Shown: positions 17,239-26,659 of the stretch, piece by piece | How positions within the stretch are numbered: position 1 is the first letter of the stretch | How the letters are laid out: each line of letters starts with the position of its first letter | Virus record (IMG/VR): IMGVR_UViG_3300026187_000019 | Span: 1-55,224 of that record | Reading direction: 5' to 3' (one strand) | Length of the DNA stretch: 55,224 nucleotides | From: a virus | Taxonomy: Duplodnaviria > Caudoviricetes | Notes under the pieces: model-generated | Seen by the model: the letters and a program-made list of their open reading frames with translations, nothing else | What the model was told of the DNA's origin: nothing | Databases searched by the model: none | Translations under genes and position numbers: made by a program

Positions 17239-17461
17239 TGGATTAAGTAAGTACGATGCTCCGCTGCGTATTCAATACCAGTGGGGATATGAAGCATTTA
17301 AGCATGGTGGCAGGTTTAATAAGAAGGGCGTATATCTAGAGCATCGTCCTAATATGGACACCCATACTATGCAAGCACGTGAGTGGCAGCGTGGTTGGAA
17401 TGATGCCTACTATGAGCAGCTAAACAAGGTACAGACAAATGAAGCTAGAGCAAGAAGCTAA
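17228..17461 (+). CDS. Hypothetical protein with Rmf-like pattern
   Basis: YQWGYEAF...REWQRGWNDA resembles the ribosome modulation factor pattern (RGYQAG...W..GW..A). Confidence 0.6.
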   Translation: MRRNGLSKYDAPLRIQYQWGYEAFKHGGRFNKKGVYLEHRPNMDTHTMQAREWQRGWNDAYYEQLNKVQTNEARARS

Positions 17462-17810
17462 ACAGTGGATGAAGGAGAAACAAATGAGTGGCATAACAGC
17501 ATCAGAATACCAAAGTAAAGCATGTACTACAGCCATCTTCCCAAAAGAAACAGCCCTAGCGTACTTGACGTTAGGACTGACAGGTGAGGCTGGTGAGATT
17601 GCTAACAAGGCTAAGAAGCTGATACGTGATGGTGATAACCCAGCTAAACGTGCAGAGATTACAAAGGAACTAGGTGATGTCTGTTGGTACATTGCTGTAC
17701 TATCGCAAGAGTTAGGAGTGAACCTTGGTAAAATCATGGAAGACAACTTGGAGAAACTGGCGGATAGGAAAGCTAGGAATCGTCTACAAGGTGATGGCGA
17801 TAACCGATGA
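17439..17810 (+). CDS. mazG: MazG-like nucleotide pyrophosphohydrolase
   Basis: LGLTGEAGEIANK, ELGDVCWY, NLEKLADR...GDGDNR. Confidence 0.9.
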   Translation: MKLEQEAKQWMKEKQMSGITASEYQSKACTTAIFPKETALAYLTLGLTGEAGEIANKAKKLIRDGDNPAKRAEITKELGDVCWYIAVLSQELGVNLGKIMEDNLEKLADRKARNRLQGDGDNR

Positions 17811-17881
17811 TACTATTAGGTATTGTAGCAATGCTATATATGTATTTGTTGCATGTATTAGTAAAGGAGCAGGGGATTTGA
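17807..17881 (+). CDS. Possible 24-aa hydrophobic peptide
   Basis: ATGA coupling to mazG; MILLGIVAMLYMYLLHVLVKEQGI. Confidence 0.35.
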   Translation: MILLGIVAMLYMYLLHVLVKEQGI

Positions 17882-17899
17882 TTCCCCTGTTTTTTTTTT
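17870..17899 (+). terminator. Intrinsic terminator at the convergence of both arms
   Basis: CAGGGGA-TTTGAT-TCCCCTG followed by T10. Confidence 0.9.
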
Positions 17900-20800
17900 A
17901 TCTGTACGCATCCTTTAATGCTTTACCATACTCAGCAAGGGCAAATAAGTCTTCCACACTAGCACCATCAGCAGGTCTACCCCGACTTAACAAAAACTCT
18001 GATGCCGCATTTTTACGTATATCCTTTGGTAGCCTACGGTATGCAGTCATTGCCTCAATGTAAGCAGGTGCTTCTGAGTTAATTGTGTTACCATCAGTTA
18101 ACTCTTGTTTAGCTGCTCTGATTTGAGACTTTATTAATGGTCTGATACGACTGTTAACAAACTCTTGCTCAGTCATTTCTTTCTGTAGTTCTGTATTACT
18201 TTTATATGTCTCACGAGATGCCTCTTCATAAGCCTGTGCAGCAGACACAATGCCGGGTATAATGCTACGTAGTTGTTCATTCTCAAATCTACGTACACTA
18301 GGTACTTTAGATGTGCTGCCCAACTCAAACTCAGTTAAGCCAAGGCGTTTAATATATTCACCCTCTTCACTATCTTGTGTTCTCAAGGTAAGCCCTAACC
18401 CAACCTTTAATGCTGAAGCTACTCTACTTGATTCGTCTTGGAATAGACGTTCACGATTAGGAAAGTCTGCTTCTTCTTTTGGCGACGTTGTAAAACCACG
18501 AGCATCAAAAGGTCTTTTAACTTCCTTCCCAAATGTAGAACCAAACTCTAGTGTAGGGTCTTGTGCTACATCCTTGTATGTTTCACCCCGTATACCTAGC
18601 GCACGTTCACTGTCAATTATCTGTGCAAACGGTACAGCCCAAGTAGATAGATAGTTACCTAACGCACGGCCTACACGCCTTGCTGCAACTTCATCTCTAG
18701 TTAAGTCAGAGTCACCTGCAAGCTGTACCACTTCATCTACAAGGCTATTACCTACACCTACACGTATATTAGTACCCAAGAATGTTTCTGCGAACTCTTT
18801 ACCATTCCAAAAGTCATCAAACGTACCATCCTTTATACGCTTAGTTGCTTCACCTAAGTATAGCATCTGACGTAGCGGAAACTGTGGTGTAGTATCCATC
18901 ACTGTACCATCGCCTACATTAATCTCTTTATAGTCTGCAGGTGCATCCTCACCACTACGAGCCATGTAAGCTGCACCAACTGCGCCTATACCTACTAGGT
19001 TACGTGAGATACGTTGTCTATCTTTAGCGGATAGTTTAGTGCCTTTAGGTATTTGACCCATAATCTTTTTTGTCAAGGGTATAGATGCACCACCCGCATA
19101 ATTACCCATCAACTCCATTGAGTTAAACATAAAACGTGGGAATGGCATTACAACAGTCAAACCATTACGAGTAATGAATGATGTAGCTTCTCTGAACACG
19201 CCGATGTCAGGCTGCTTTGCGTAGGTTACATCTAGTGCATTGTTAGTAGCATCAGCTACCAGTTCATTGAATGACCTAGCCCCTTTAGGACGCACTGTAG
19301 TTGAATCATTGAGCAAGTCTTTAATCTTGCCATCATTCAACGTGTCAATTAAATCAATCTTATATTCACGCTTGACTAGGCGTTCTAGTTCACCAAGGAA
19401 TGCACCCCTACGTACAAGGTATTCTTGCCAGCGGTTAGCACTGTTTAGTACGCTGACACCATCCTCTAGTTCAGATAGCACTGTATCTACACCTTTACCT
19501 AATGTTGGTGTAGCATCAGCAGCCGCTTCAGCTTCCCGTCTAGCTTTCTTTAAATCAAATTTTGTTTTAGTGTCTTTGGCACGTTGTCTAGCCGCCTCTA
19601 TAAAATTATCTACTTGCTCTTTACGTGCCATACCCCTACCAGTAGCCGCCTGTAATTCGTTAAGCTGGTTAAACATAAGGTCAAACTGCTTGGCTAGTTC
19701 AGGTCTATCCAAGATAAAGTCAACATAATCTTTGGCATCCTGTCTGTTTTCAGGGCCAAACATATACTTCATATTGGCAAAGCTATCCTTCCAGTTTTCT
19801 TTACTGATAAGAGACTTAGCACCAGCAGCAGCCTTACCACCCACACCTTTTGCTTCGCCCATATTATATAAAGCAGTATCCATTACGTTACCTAGTGAAT
19901 CCATGGGTGAACGAATACCTGCAGACTGTAGGTTACGTGCAGCGGTAGCAAGTTGAGACACCAGACCACCACGGCGTATACCTTCTAGGCGCATAATGTT
20001 ATTACGTATAGCACCTTGACGTGCCTGTGTAGCTGCACGTTGCAAGTCTTGCATCTCATTTAGGGGCCTTGCACGTTTAATCTGAGACAGCTTGTTGAGT
20101 ACTTTACCTGCCTCTGAGCCAGACCCTACAACAGTAAGAATGTAATCCTCAAAGGATACATTGTACTTGTTCAGTGTGTCGATGAGTTCGTCACCCGCTA
20201 TCAATTCTTTGTTGATAGTCAGGTCAAGTAGGTTATCTATTACAGTCTTATCATTATCAAACGCTGTAGGATACTTAGTCTTTAGGTCAGATGCTGCAGC
20301 AACTAAACCATCTAGCTTCTCTGGCTTGAGTATAGGCGCAGTAAGTGTATCACCAACGCCAGCTAGTTTAGCTGCATCATCAGCCTCGACATCACCAAGA
20401 CCTAACGCTCTAGCTGTCTCACTTCTAGTTTCTTTAAAACTTATCTCTTCAGCAGTTTCTTTACCAGCTTTACGTGCTAGTTCATCATCAACTACACGCA
20501 CACCATCTACTACAGTTGAGATAGTCTTGCCTGTCTGTTCCTCAAAGCCTACAATAAGTTCATTCTTTAAGTCTACGTTCTCCGCCGCAACTTGTTCAGC
20601 CCGTGCCGTCTTAGTTGCTATCTCTTCTGCTGTAGCTTCCTTGGCCTTGTTGATGTTCATCTTACGGTCAAGTAGTTTAGCACGGGCTTTCTCACCCCTT
20701 GCTTTTAACTTGGCTGTCTGCTTGGCTTCTCTAAATAGTTTTCTTACGGGACGCATAGCCGCTGAAGCACCGGGAACCATATTCTCCATCATTTCTAACA

Positions 20801-21488
20801 TCATACCCATATCACCAGCAAACTTCTCACCGCCTACTCTGTCCTCAAAAGGTATGTCAACTCCGACAGCTTTTAATCCTTTAGTTAAGGCTACCCCAAC
20901 ATTAGCAGTAGTGTCCGACACAGCTTCCATAGCTACAGCTAGATTTCTAATGTCTTTACCTGCTGCTTTACCAATCCATTCTACAATAGGCTGGAAAGGT
21001 TCTGCTATAGATTCCTCTATAAAGTTTTCTGGTATTACACTGCCAATATTACTAAGTTCCTCTGCTGTTTTTGCAGTACGGGCATAGTTAAACGCAGAGT
21101 CAGTCTGTTTTGACACTGTTGGTGTAGGCGCATCAATGGGTTCTAGTTTGGGGAGATAGTCCTCTGGTGCATCACCAGTAGGTACTTGAGGAACAGCCTT
21201 AAAGCCTTCAGGTACTTCACCTGTATCTACAGGCTCTGTTGAGACAGCAGTATCTAATTGCTGCCCCTGTCGTCTAGCTTTTAGTCTGTCTTTTAAAGAT
21301 ACTACAGTAGTGTCGGGGGCAGTTACAACTTCATCTTGTTCTGCTTGTGCTGCCTGTAGTCTCCTAGCCTTTAATTTATCTTTAAGACTTTGACCTTCTT
21401 CCTCATCATCCTGAATATCAGATGATAAAGCATCATCAGTAAAAGACTGCTGCCTCTTTAGTTTTAGTTGTTCTCGTAAAGAAGACAT
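17898..21488 (-). CDS. Large internal virion/ejection protein (1196 aa)
   Basis: Size, helical composition and last position in the podovirus structural arm. Confidence 0.6.
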   Translation of the reverse strand: MSSLREQLKLKRQQSFTDDALSSDIQDDEEEGQSLKDKLKARRLQAAQAEQDEVVTAPDTTVVSLKDRLKARRQGQQLDTAVSTEPVDTGEVPEGFKAVPQVPTGDAPEDYLPKLEPIDAPTPTVSKQTDSAFNYARTAKTAEELSNIGSVIPENFIEESIAEPFQPIVEWIGKAAGKDIRNLAVAMEAVSDTTANVGVALTKGLKAVGVDIPFEDRVGGEKFAGDMGMMLEMMENMVPGASAAMRPVRKLFREAKQTAKLKARGEKARAKLLDRKMNINKAKEATAEEIATKTARAEQVAAENVDLKNELIVGFEEQTGKTISTVVDGVRVVDDELARKAGKETAEEISFKETRSETARALGLGDVEADDAAKLAGVGDTLTAPILKPEKLDGLVAAASDLKTKYPTAFDNDKTVIDNLLDLTINKELIAGDELIDTLNKYNVSFEDYILTVVGSGSEAGKVLNKLSQIKRARPLNEMQDLQRAATQARQGAIRNNIMRLEGIRRGGLVSQLATAARNLQSAGIRSPMDSLGNVMDTALYNMGEAKGVGGKAAAGAKSLISKENWKDSFANMKYMFGPENRQDAKDYVDFILDRPELAKQFDLMFNQLNELQAATGRGMARKEQVDNFIEAARQRAKDTKTKFDLKKARREAEAAADATPTLGKGVDTVLSELEDGVSVLNSANRWQEYLVRRGAFLGELERLVKREYKIDLIDTLNDGKIKDLLNDSTTVRPKGARSFNELVADATNNALDVTYAKQPDIGVFREATSFITRNGLTVVMPFPRFMFNSMELMGNYAGGASIPLTKKIMGQIPKGTKLSAKDRQRISRNLVGIGAVGAAYMARSGEDAPADYKEINVGDGTVMDTTPQFPLRQMLYLGEATKRIKDGTFDDFWNGKEFAETFLGTNIRVGVGNSLVDEVVQLAGDSDLTRDEVAARRVGRALGNYLSTWAVPFAQIIDSERALGIRGETYKDVAQDPTLEFGSTFGKEVKRPFDARGFTTSPKEEADFPNRERLFQDESSRVASALKVGLGLTLRTQDSEEGEYIKRLGLTEFELGSTSKVPSVRRFENEQLRSIIPGIVSAAQAYEEASRETYKSNTELQKEMTEQEFVNSRIRPLIKSQIRAAKQELTDGNTINSEAPAYIEAMTAYRRLPKDIRKNAASEFLLSRGRPADGASVEDLFALAEYGKALKDAYR

Positions 21489-23041
21489 TAGTAGTCCCCG
21501 TCATATAAATCTCTACCAGTCCATATAGCGTATTTAGTAACGCCATTTTCATTATACTGCACAATATCTCCCTTTGAATAAGCGTTAGCAGTATAGGCAT
21601 TATCTATCAATTCATCTGGGGAACCATCAAATACTTTTAACCGCTTGGATTTTTGTGCAGGTATAGCCAACTGTTTATCAATAAATGCCCTTACATCTTG
21701 TGCAAGTACATTTTCTTGTGCCTCTATCGCATTACGCATAGTTTCGTCACTTGTACCATACGTAGTTTCTACGGCATTTATAGCCTGATTAAAGTTATCG
21801 AAATAAGATTCGGCATTACCTTCTGTTATTTGTTTAACTTTATCTGCTACACCATCATATAATCCTGCTTTACCCATAGTTCTTTTAATTTGCGCATTAA
21901 ATACAGCGTTTACACTTTGTGGGGAGAACTGGGCATCATCATCAGCCTCTGGGTTAGCTTCTTTCCACGCTTGCGTACCATCAATCGCACTTTGTCTTAG
22001 TGCATCAAAATCATTACGTTGTTGTGGTGTAAGACCGCCTTGAGCCAACTTCTGTTCAGCATACACAAACATTTCCTCAAAGTCTTTAAACTCTGGTGGA
22101 GATTTTTCTTTCTGTATTTTCAACTCATTTAGAGTAATACCTTGCTCTGCTGCTCTTTTACTCAAGATATGATTTTCAGCTTCACGTTCTAGTTGCTGCT
22201 GCCTCTGTAAGTCTGCTACGTCTTGACGGGCGTTGTCTCTAGCACGTTGGTCTGCATCTGTAGCCTCTTTTCTGTTAGCACGTGCTTCAGCGGCGTCAGC
22301 AATCTGCATAGCTTGGTCAATGCGTTTAGCGTTTTGGTCAAACGCACCTACTTCCATATCAAATCGTTGTGTGTCTCTTGCTCGTTCAGTAGCTGCAAAC
22401 CCAGCTTCTTGAGCAGCAACCTGCCTAGTAAAGTCTAAGCCACTGACTTTACCCATGCCTGTAAGAGAAGGCCGTGCAGCAGATGCAGTGCTGGCTACGC
22501 TTGCATTCATCCTATCTGCTGCTCTTTTTGCAGCTTGTCCTTCTCTACCAAACAGTCTTCCAATAGGGTCATCTACTTCAAACATAGACGAACTTACTGT
22601 AAGATCGGGTGCTTCAGGAGATTTACTTGCGAGAAAAGCAGATTGAGTAATGGGTGTTTCACCTCTGACATAACCTTCAAAATCAGCCGCCGCATCGTAT
22701 TTTTGTCCCGGCTGTAAAGTTGCTCTTGTTTTATCAACATTAGCTAAGTATGCTTTTACCTTTTCTGCACTACCTAATCTTTCAAAGGCGGCTGCTGTAA
22801 AGTCAACATCTCCACCCAACTCTGTTGCAAGTAGTTCAAAGGCTTCTTTATTTTCTTGGTCAACTTTTAACTTTCTTGCTTGATAGGCATCTTCTTTCGC
22901 AGCGTTTCTAGTTTTTATATACTTACGTGCTTCACTAAGTTCACTATTACGTCTTTCTAAAGCGTCCTGCATAGATTTATCGACACTAGATGCAAAACCA
23001 GTTAAAAGACCTCTACCAAAACTGCCGCTAAATAATCCCAT
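21488..23041 (-). CDS. Putative internal virion protein (517 aa)
   Basis: Gly-rich amphipathic N-terminus (MGLFSGSFGRGLLTGFA) followed by coiled coil; synteny. Confidence 0.55.
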   Translation of the reverse strand: MGLFSGSFGRGLLTGFASSVDKSMQDALERRNSELSEARKYIKTRNAAKEDAYQARKLKVDQENKEAFELLATELGGDVDFTAAAFERLGSAEKVKAYLANVDKTRATLQPGQKYDAAADFEGYVRGETPITQSAFLASKSPEAPDLTVSSSMFEVDDPIGRLFGREGQAAKRAADRMNASVASTASAARPSLTGMGKVSGLDFTRQVAAQEAGFAATERARDTQRFDMEVGAFDQNAKRIDQAMQIADAAEARANRKEATDADQRARDNARQDVADLQRQQQLEREAENHILSKRAAEQGITLNELKIQKEKSPPEFKDFEEMFVYAEQKLAQGGLTPQQRNDFDALRQSAIDGTQAWKEANPEADDDAQFSPQSVNAVFNAQIKRTMGKAGLYDGVADKVKQITEGNAESYFDNFNQAINAVETTYGTSDETMRNAIEAQENVLAQDVRAFIDKQLAIPAQKSKRLKVFDGSPDELIDNAYTANAYSKGDIVQYNENGVTKYAIWTGRDLYDGDY

Positions 23042-23529
23042 TATTTCTTCCTCACCATTAAACCTTTAGGTTCTTCTATATCAGACTCTTCGTCTTTCTT
23101 TAACTCTTCAGTATCTACTTTATTTAGTTTCTTTTTATATTCCATTGCGTATTTAGCTAACGCTGAATTACGTGGCTTATCTTTATCAGGATTAGTTAAA
23201 CCTGTTTCATAGTCAATACCTGCACTATCACCTAACAACATAATTAATTCCATAAGTATTGGCACTACAAGCATACCTACATCTACAGTATGTTTACCTT
23301 CCATAACGCTAGACAGTTGCATACTATTAGCAATAGAGGTTACAGGAACTCCTAATTCTAACACTTCAATAATCTGATCCATAAACTCTTCTGTTGTCAT
23401 GCTTGCCATATAATACTCAATGGCTTCATCTACAGTAGAAAACTGTGATGGTTGTTGCCAAGGTCTTGCCCCTAACTCATGCGTTAGTGACATACCGGGA
23501 ATAGGAGCATCAAAAAATTCTTCAGCCAT
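23041..23529 (-). CDS. Conserved virion-associated hypothetical protein (162 aa)
   Basis: FDAPIPGMSLT...PWQQP motif; basic C-terminus KGLMVRKK. Confidence 0.7.
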   Translation of the reverse strand: MAEEFFDAPIPGMSLTHELGARPWQQPSQFSTVDEAIEYYMASMTTEEFMDQIIEVLELGVPVTSIANSMQLSSVMEGKHTVDVGMLVVPILMELIMLLGDSAGIDYETGLTNPDKDKPRNSALAKYAMEYKKKLNKVDTEELKKDEESDIEEPKGLMVRKK

Positions 23530-23740
23530 TTTTTATTTCACCCCTGTGTTTACGTATAACCTGCATTTGTTTTGCTACACGAACTGCTGGATTAGATAAA
23601 TCTAAACCCTCACTCATCTTGTTACCTGCGGTTGTTTTAGATAGCAATCCACCTGTAGGTTTTTCAGGCTTATCGCTAGGCATATTTTCAATATCCATAT
23701 TGTAATATGCTTTAACTATATCAGTAAGCGCACGAGACAT
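23522..23740 (-). CDS. Hypothetical protein (72 aa)
   Basis: AGGAG RBS; overlaps both neighbours. Confidence 0.65.
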   Translation of the reverse strand: MSRALTDIVKAYYNMDIENMPSDKPEKPTGGLLSKTTAGNKMSEGLDLSNPAVRVAKQMQVIRKHRGEIKNG

Positions 23741-25844
23741 TATGCTTCTCCTTCTTTTTTTCTACTACCATATCCATAAGTTTCTTAGTTGCCCATTTTA
23801 ATGGCGGTACTTTAGCTATTAGTTTAGCATAATTTTCACCGTGTGTCATGTATAATTTTTTAAACCATTTTGGTGCATCATACTGTAACCATGTACGGAA
23901 GATAAACCACTGTACATTCTGTTTGCCATACACTTCACGGGCAACCCAGCAAAGGCCACCCGACATAATCCATGCAGAACCTAGTGTGCCAATCAAGCCA
24001 CCGATAGCATTACCAGCAGCACCAGAAGATTGCTCATTTGCAATTGTGCTACGTGTCTTAGCATCCAGTTCTGCAATAGCCAAAGCGTTAACACGGTCTA
24101 TTTGATTTTCAGCAGATGTCCATGCCCACTCCATCGTATCTGAATAGTAGTTCCATAAGTTGCTGTATGCTTGCTTACTAATATCCAACACTGCTGAAGC
24201 ATTAAGTTCGTTAGCACGATTAATAGCTGCAGTATCTGCTGTGGCAATCTGCCTACGCCACTGTGCATTACTTTGTGCAATCACAAGCTGGTTCTGTGCA
24301 TTGAACTGGTCACGCTGATTATTCAACTCAGCATTAAAACGCTCAATAGTATTAGCTTGACCTGCATTAAACTGTGACTGTGCATTTTGTTGTGTTGCGT
24401 TAAACTGTGAAGTTTGAGATGCAAGGCTTGCAAAGAATTGGTCAACTTGATTCTGTGAACTAGCGTTAAACTGTCTTGCAGCATTCTCTGCAGCTTGATC
24501 TGTAAACATTGCCTGTACACGCTGCTGTGCTTTGAACAGTTCAGTCTGCTGGCGATTAGACAAGTTAGCCATGTCAATCTGTAAGAAATTTTGTGCGTTC
24601 TGTACTGCAGCTTGCTGACGATTGCTTAAATTAGCTGTATCCAACTGTGCTAGTGCAGATGCTTCAGCCATTACAAGAGCCTGTGAGTTAGACAGGTTCT
24701 GCAGGTTCATTGTATTAGCAGCACGTGAGTTTTCTAGCTGTACCTGCTGCTCTGCTGTAAAGTTCTGATTGGCAATGTCACTAATCTTACTAGCGTTCAT
24801 TACCTTTGTTTGAAAGGCTTGGTCAAACTCTTGGCCCATAAACCTAGCACGTTGCTCTGCAGCCAGCATTGCTGATTGCTGCCTATTAGATAAGTTTTGC
24901 GATTCAAACTTGGCTACTGTCTGTGCATCTGCCATTGCAATAGGCATTGCAGACTCCATAGCAGCCTGTACAATAGCCTGACCAGCCAAAGATGATGCAC
25001 CTAACCCACGAGCAGCCATAGACGATGTAGCAGCCCTCATAGCCCCTGCAGCCCATGCTGGTGTAGCACCGCCTTGAAACTGCTGCATCAAACCGTCAAG
25101 CTGTGTAGCCACCATAGTTTGTGCAGATGGATTAGCCTGTGCAGCAGCAGCATCTGTCTGTGCAGTTACTTGTGCAGCTTTAGTAGCATCAACACCTGTG
25201 CCACTAATCAGTTCGCCTTGTTGTATTTGACGCTGTACAGGATTGTTAATAAGTATTGCATTTCCCTGTGCTGCTTGCAAGTTACCTACAGATGAAGCAG
25301 TCTGCTGTGCGGCAGTTACTTGTGTGCGTGGGTCTTGCGGATTTGACTGTGCAGCTTGAGTAGCTGTTACAGCAGCATCTACATTAGCAGTAGCAGTATC
25401 TGCTTGCATTAAATTAGCTTGAGTAGGCTGAGTTACAGGTGGTGCTGTATATGCTTTAGCTGTTTGTGTTCCCACCCCAACTTGTCCAGTAACTGTACCT
25501 ACACCGGGCTGCAACTCTTGTCCAGTATCGTACTGTGTTAGTTGAGGAGTAGTGACACCACCTGTTGGTAATGTAGGATCGTAAATACGTTTAACTGTTT
25601 CCTGCGTAATACCCGGCCCATCCGAAGATACTGCATTTGGTTGCACTGACCCACCTGTCTGAAACTTTTTAACTACACCACCTTTAGCCATCTGCATAGC
25701 TTTGTTTGTATAGTCATTCATCTTCTGTTGTTTCATAGGGTCTTGTGCAAGGAAGTCTTGAAATCCCTGCATATTACCTTGATAGCCCATAGACCGTGCT
25801 ATCTTCTCCATGCCACTAGGTTTAAATGCTTTAAACATTGCCAT
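23721..25844 (-). CDS. Gln/Ala/Asn-rich internal virion protein with C-terminal CWVAREVYG domain
   Basis: Repeated NLSNRQQ and QFNA heptads; hydrophobic GG-rich segment followed by a Trp-rich terminal domain. Confidence 0.6.
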   Translation of the reverse strand: MAMFKAFKPSGMEKIARSMGYQGNMQGFQDFLAQDPMKQQKMNDYTNKAMQMAKGGVVKKFQTGGSVQPNAVSSDGPGITQETVKRIYDPTLPTGGVTTPQLTQYDTGQELQPGVGTVTGQVGVGTQTAKAYTAPPVTQPTQANLMQADTATANVDAAVTATQAAQSNPQDPRTQVTAAQQTASSVGNLQAAQGNAILINNPVQRQIQQGELISGTGVDATKAAQVTAQTDAAAAQANPSAQTMVATQLDGLMQQFQGGATPAWAAGAMRAATSSMAARGLGASSLAGQAIVQAAMESAMPIAMADAQTVAKFESQNLSNRQQSAMLAAEQRARFMGQEFDQAFQTKVMNASKISDIANQNFTAEQQVQLENSRAANTMNLQNLSNSQALVMAEASALAQLDTANLSNRQQAAVQNAQNFLQIDMANLSNRQQTELFKAQQRVQAMFTDQAAENAARQFNASSQNQVDQFFASLASQTSQFNATQQNAQSQFNAGQANTIERFNAELNNQRDQFNAQNQLVIAQSNAQWRRQIATADTAAINRANELNASAVLDISKQAYSNLWNYYSDTMEWAWTSAENQIDRVNALAIAELDAKTRSTIANEQSSGAAGNAIGGLIGTLGSAWIMSGGLCWVAREVYGKQNVQWFIFRTWLQYDAPKWFKKLYMTHGENYAKLIAKVPPLKWATKKLMDMVVEKKKEKHNVSCAY

Positions 25845-25845
25845 T

Positions 25846-26073
25846 TTACAGTTCCCTACTCAATACTTTATCTAGTTTATCTTCTACACGATGTAGTGCT
25901 TCCATAACCTGCCTCATATCATCACGGAGTTCATTGCGTGTAGCATACTCTTCACGTGTTTTGTTTATTAAAATGTTCAACCGCTTCTGCTCTTTGCTTT
26001 GGTCAGACAAAAACCATGCAAGGCCAGCTACAACTAAACCAATAAGTATATCTATGAGGCTTGTCATTTCCAT
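25846..26073 (-). CDS. Small N-terminal TM + coiled-coil protein
   Basis: ILIGLVVAGLAWFL TM segment; TREEYATR...LHRVEDKLD. Confidence 0.65.
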   Translation of the reverse strand: MEMTSLIDILIGLVVAGLAWFLSDQSKEQKRLNILINKTREEYATRNELRDDMRQVMEALHRVEDKLDKVLSREL

Positions 26074-26075
26074 GT

Positions 26076-26648
26076 TTAAATCTCGTCAGGCCAGTCATTT
26101 ATCGGCGCATTACCTGTTGGATTATCGTTATCATCTACTGGAATATCAAACAGAGCAATAAAAGCATCCAAGTCTGCTGCATTGTCTATTGCAGTTTCTA
26201 TTGTATTACTTGCTGTGCGTACCGCTACACGATATGTTGTGACTTCACTAGGTACAGTATACCCAGATACTTCAGCAGCCTTTACGATGTGCCAGTCGGT
26301 TGGTGCAAGCAACAAACCTGCCTGTTCTTTTGTTTGTGCTTTGTGGATTGACTTGAGGCCAAGTGTTACAACCTGATTGCCGCCTTCGTCTAATATAGGA
26401 TTGTCATCTTCATCGACTTCATTTATGTCAGTTAGTGATTTTGGTATTAGTGTGCCGTCAAGATTACGACCCCAATAAAAACGGTTGTCAACAGGTTCTT
26501 GCACTGGGGCTGGCTCTTCCCACACAATATTATATCTTGCTTTAAACGCATCATTATACCTCATCCACAAACCAGAATGCAGTGTTCCATTGCTATCTGT
26601 CCAAGCTGTTCCCGGTCTTAATATTTTGTGTCCGTGTTTCCAAGGCAT
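26076..26648 (-). CDS. Tail fibre assembly/chaperone-like protein
   Basis: LLAPTDW...YRVAVR...WP motif of tail assembly chaperones; directly follows the fibre gene. Confidence 0.6.
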   Translation of the reverse strand: MPWKHGHKILRPGTAWTDSNGTLHSGLWMRYNDAFKARYNIVWEEPAPVQEPVDNRFYWGRNLDGTLIPKSLTDINEVDEDDNPILDEGGNQVVTLGLKSIHKAQTKEQAGLLLAPTDWHIVKAAEVSGYTVPSEVTTYRVAVRTASNTIETAIDNAADLDAFIALFDIPVDDNDNPTGNAPINDWPDEI

Positions 26649-26659
26649 TATTATATCTC

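Noticed and set aside
20161-21087. 308-aa + strand ORF (also 31729-32694 and similar antisense ORFs)
   Set aside because: These are Ser/Leu/Val-rich shadows of real minus-strand genes, with no RBS or recognisable motifs.
17898-21488. 1196-aa protein as a virion RNA polymerase reading the hairpins
   Set aside because: I see no T7/N4-type or DxDGD polymerase motifs, and good sigma70 promoters are present. A structure search would be needed to exclude it fully.
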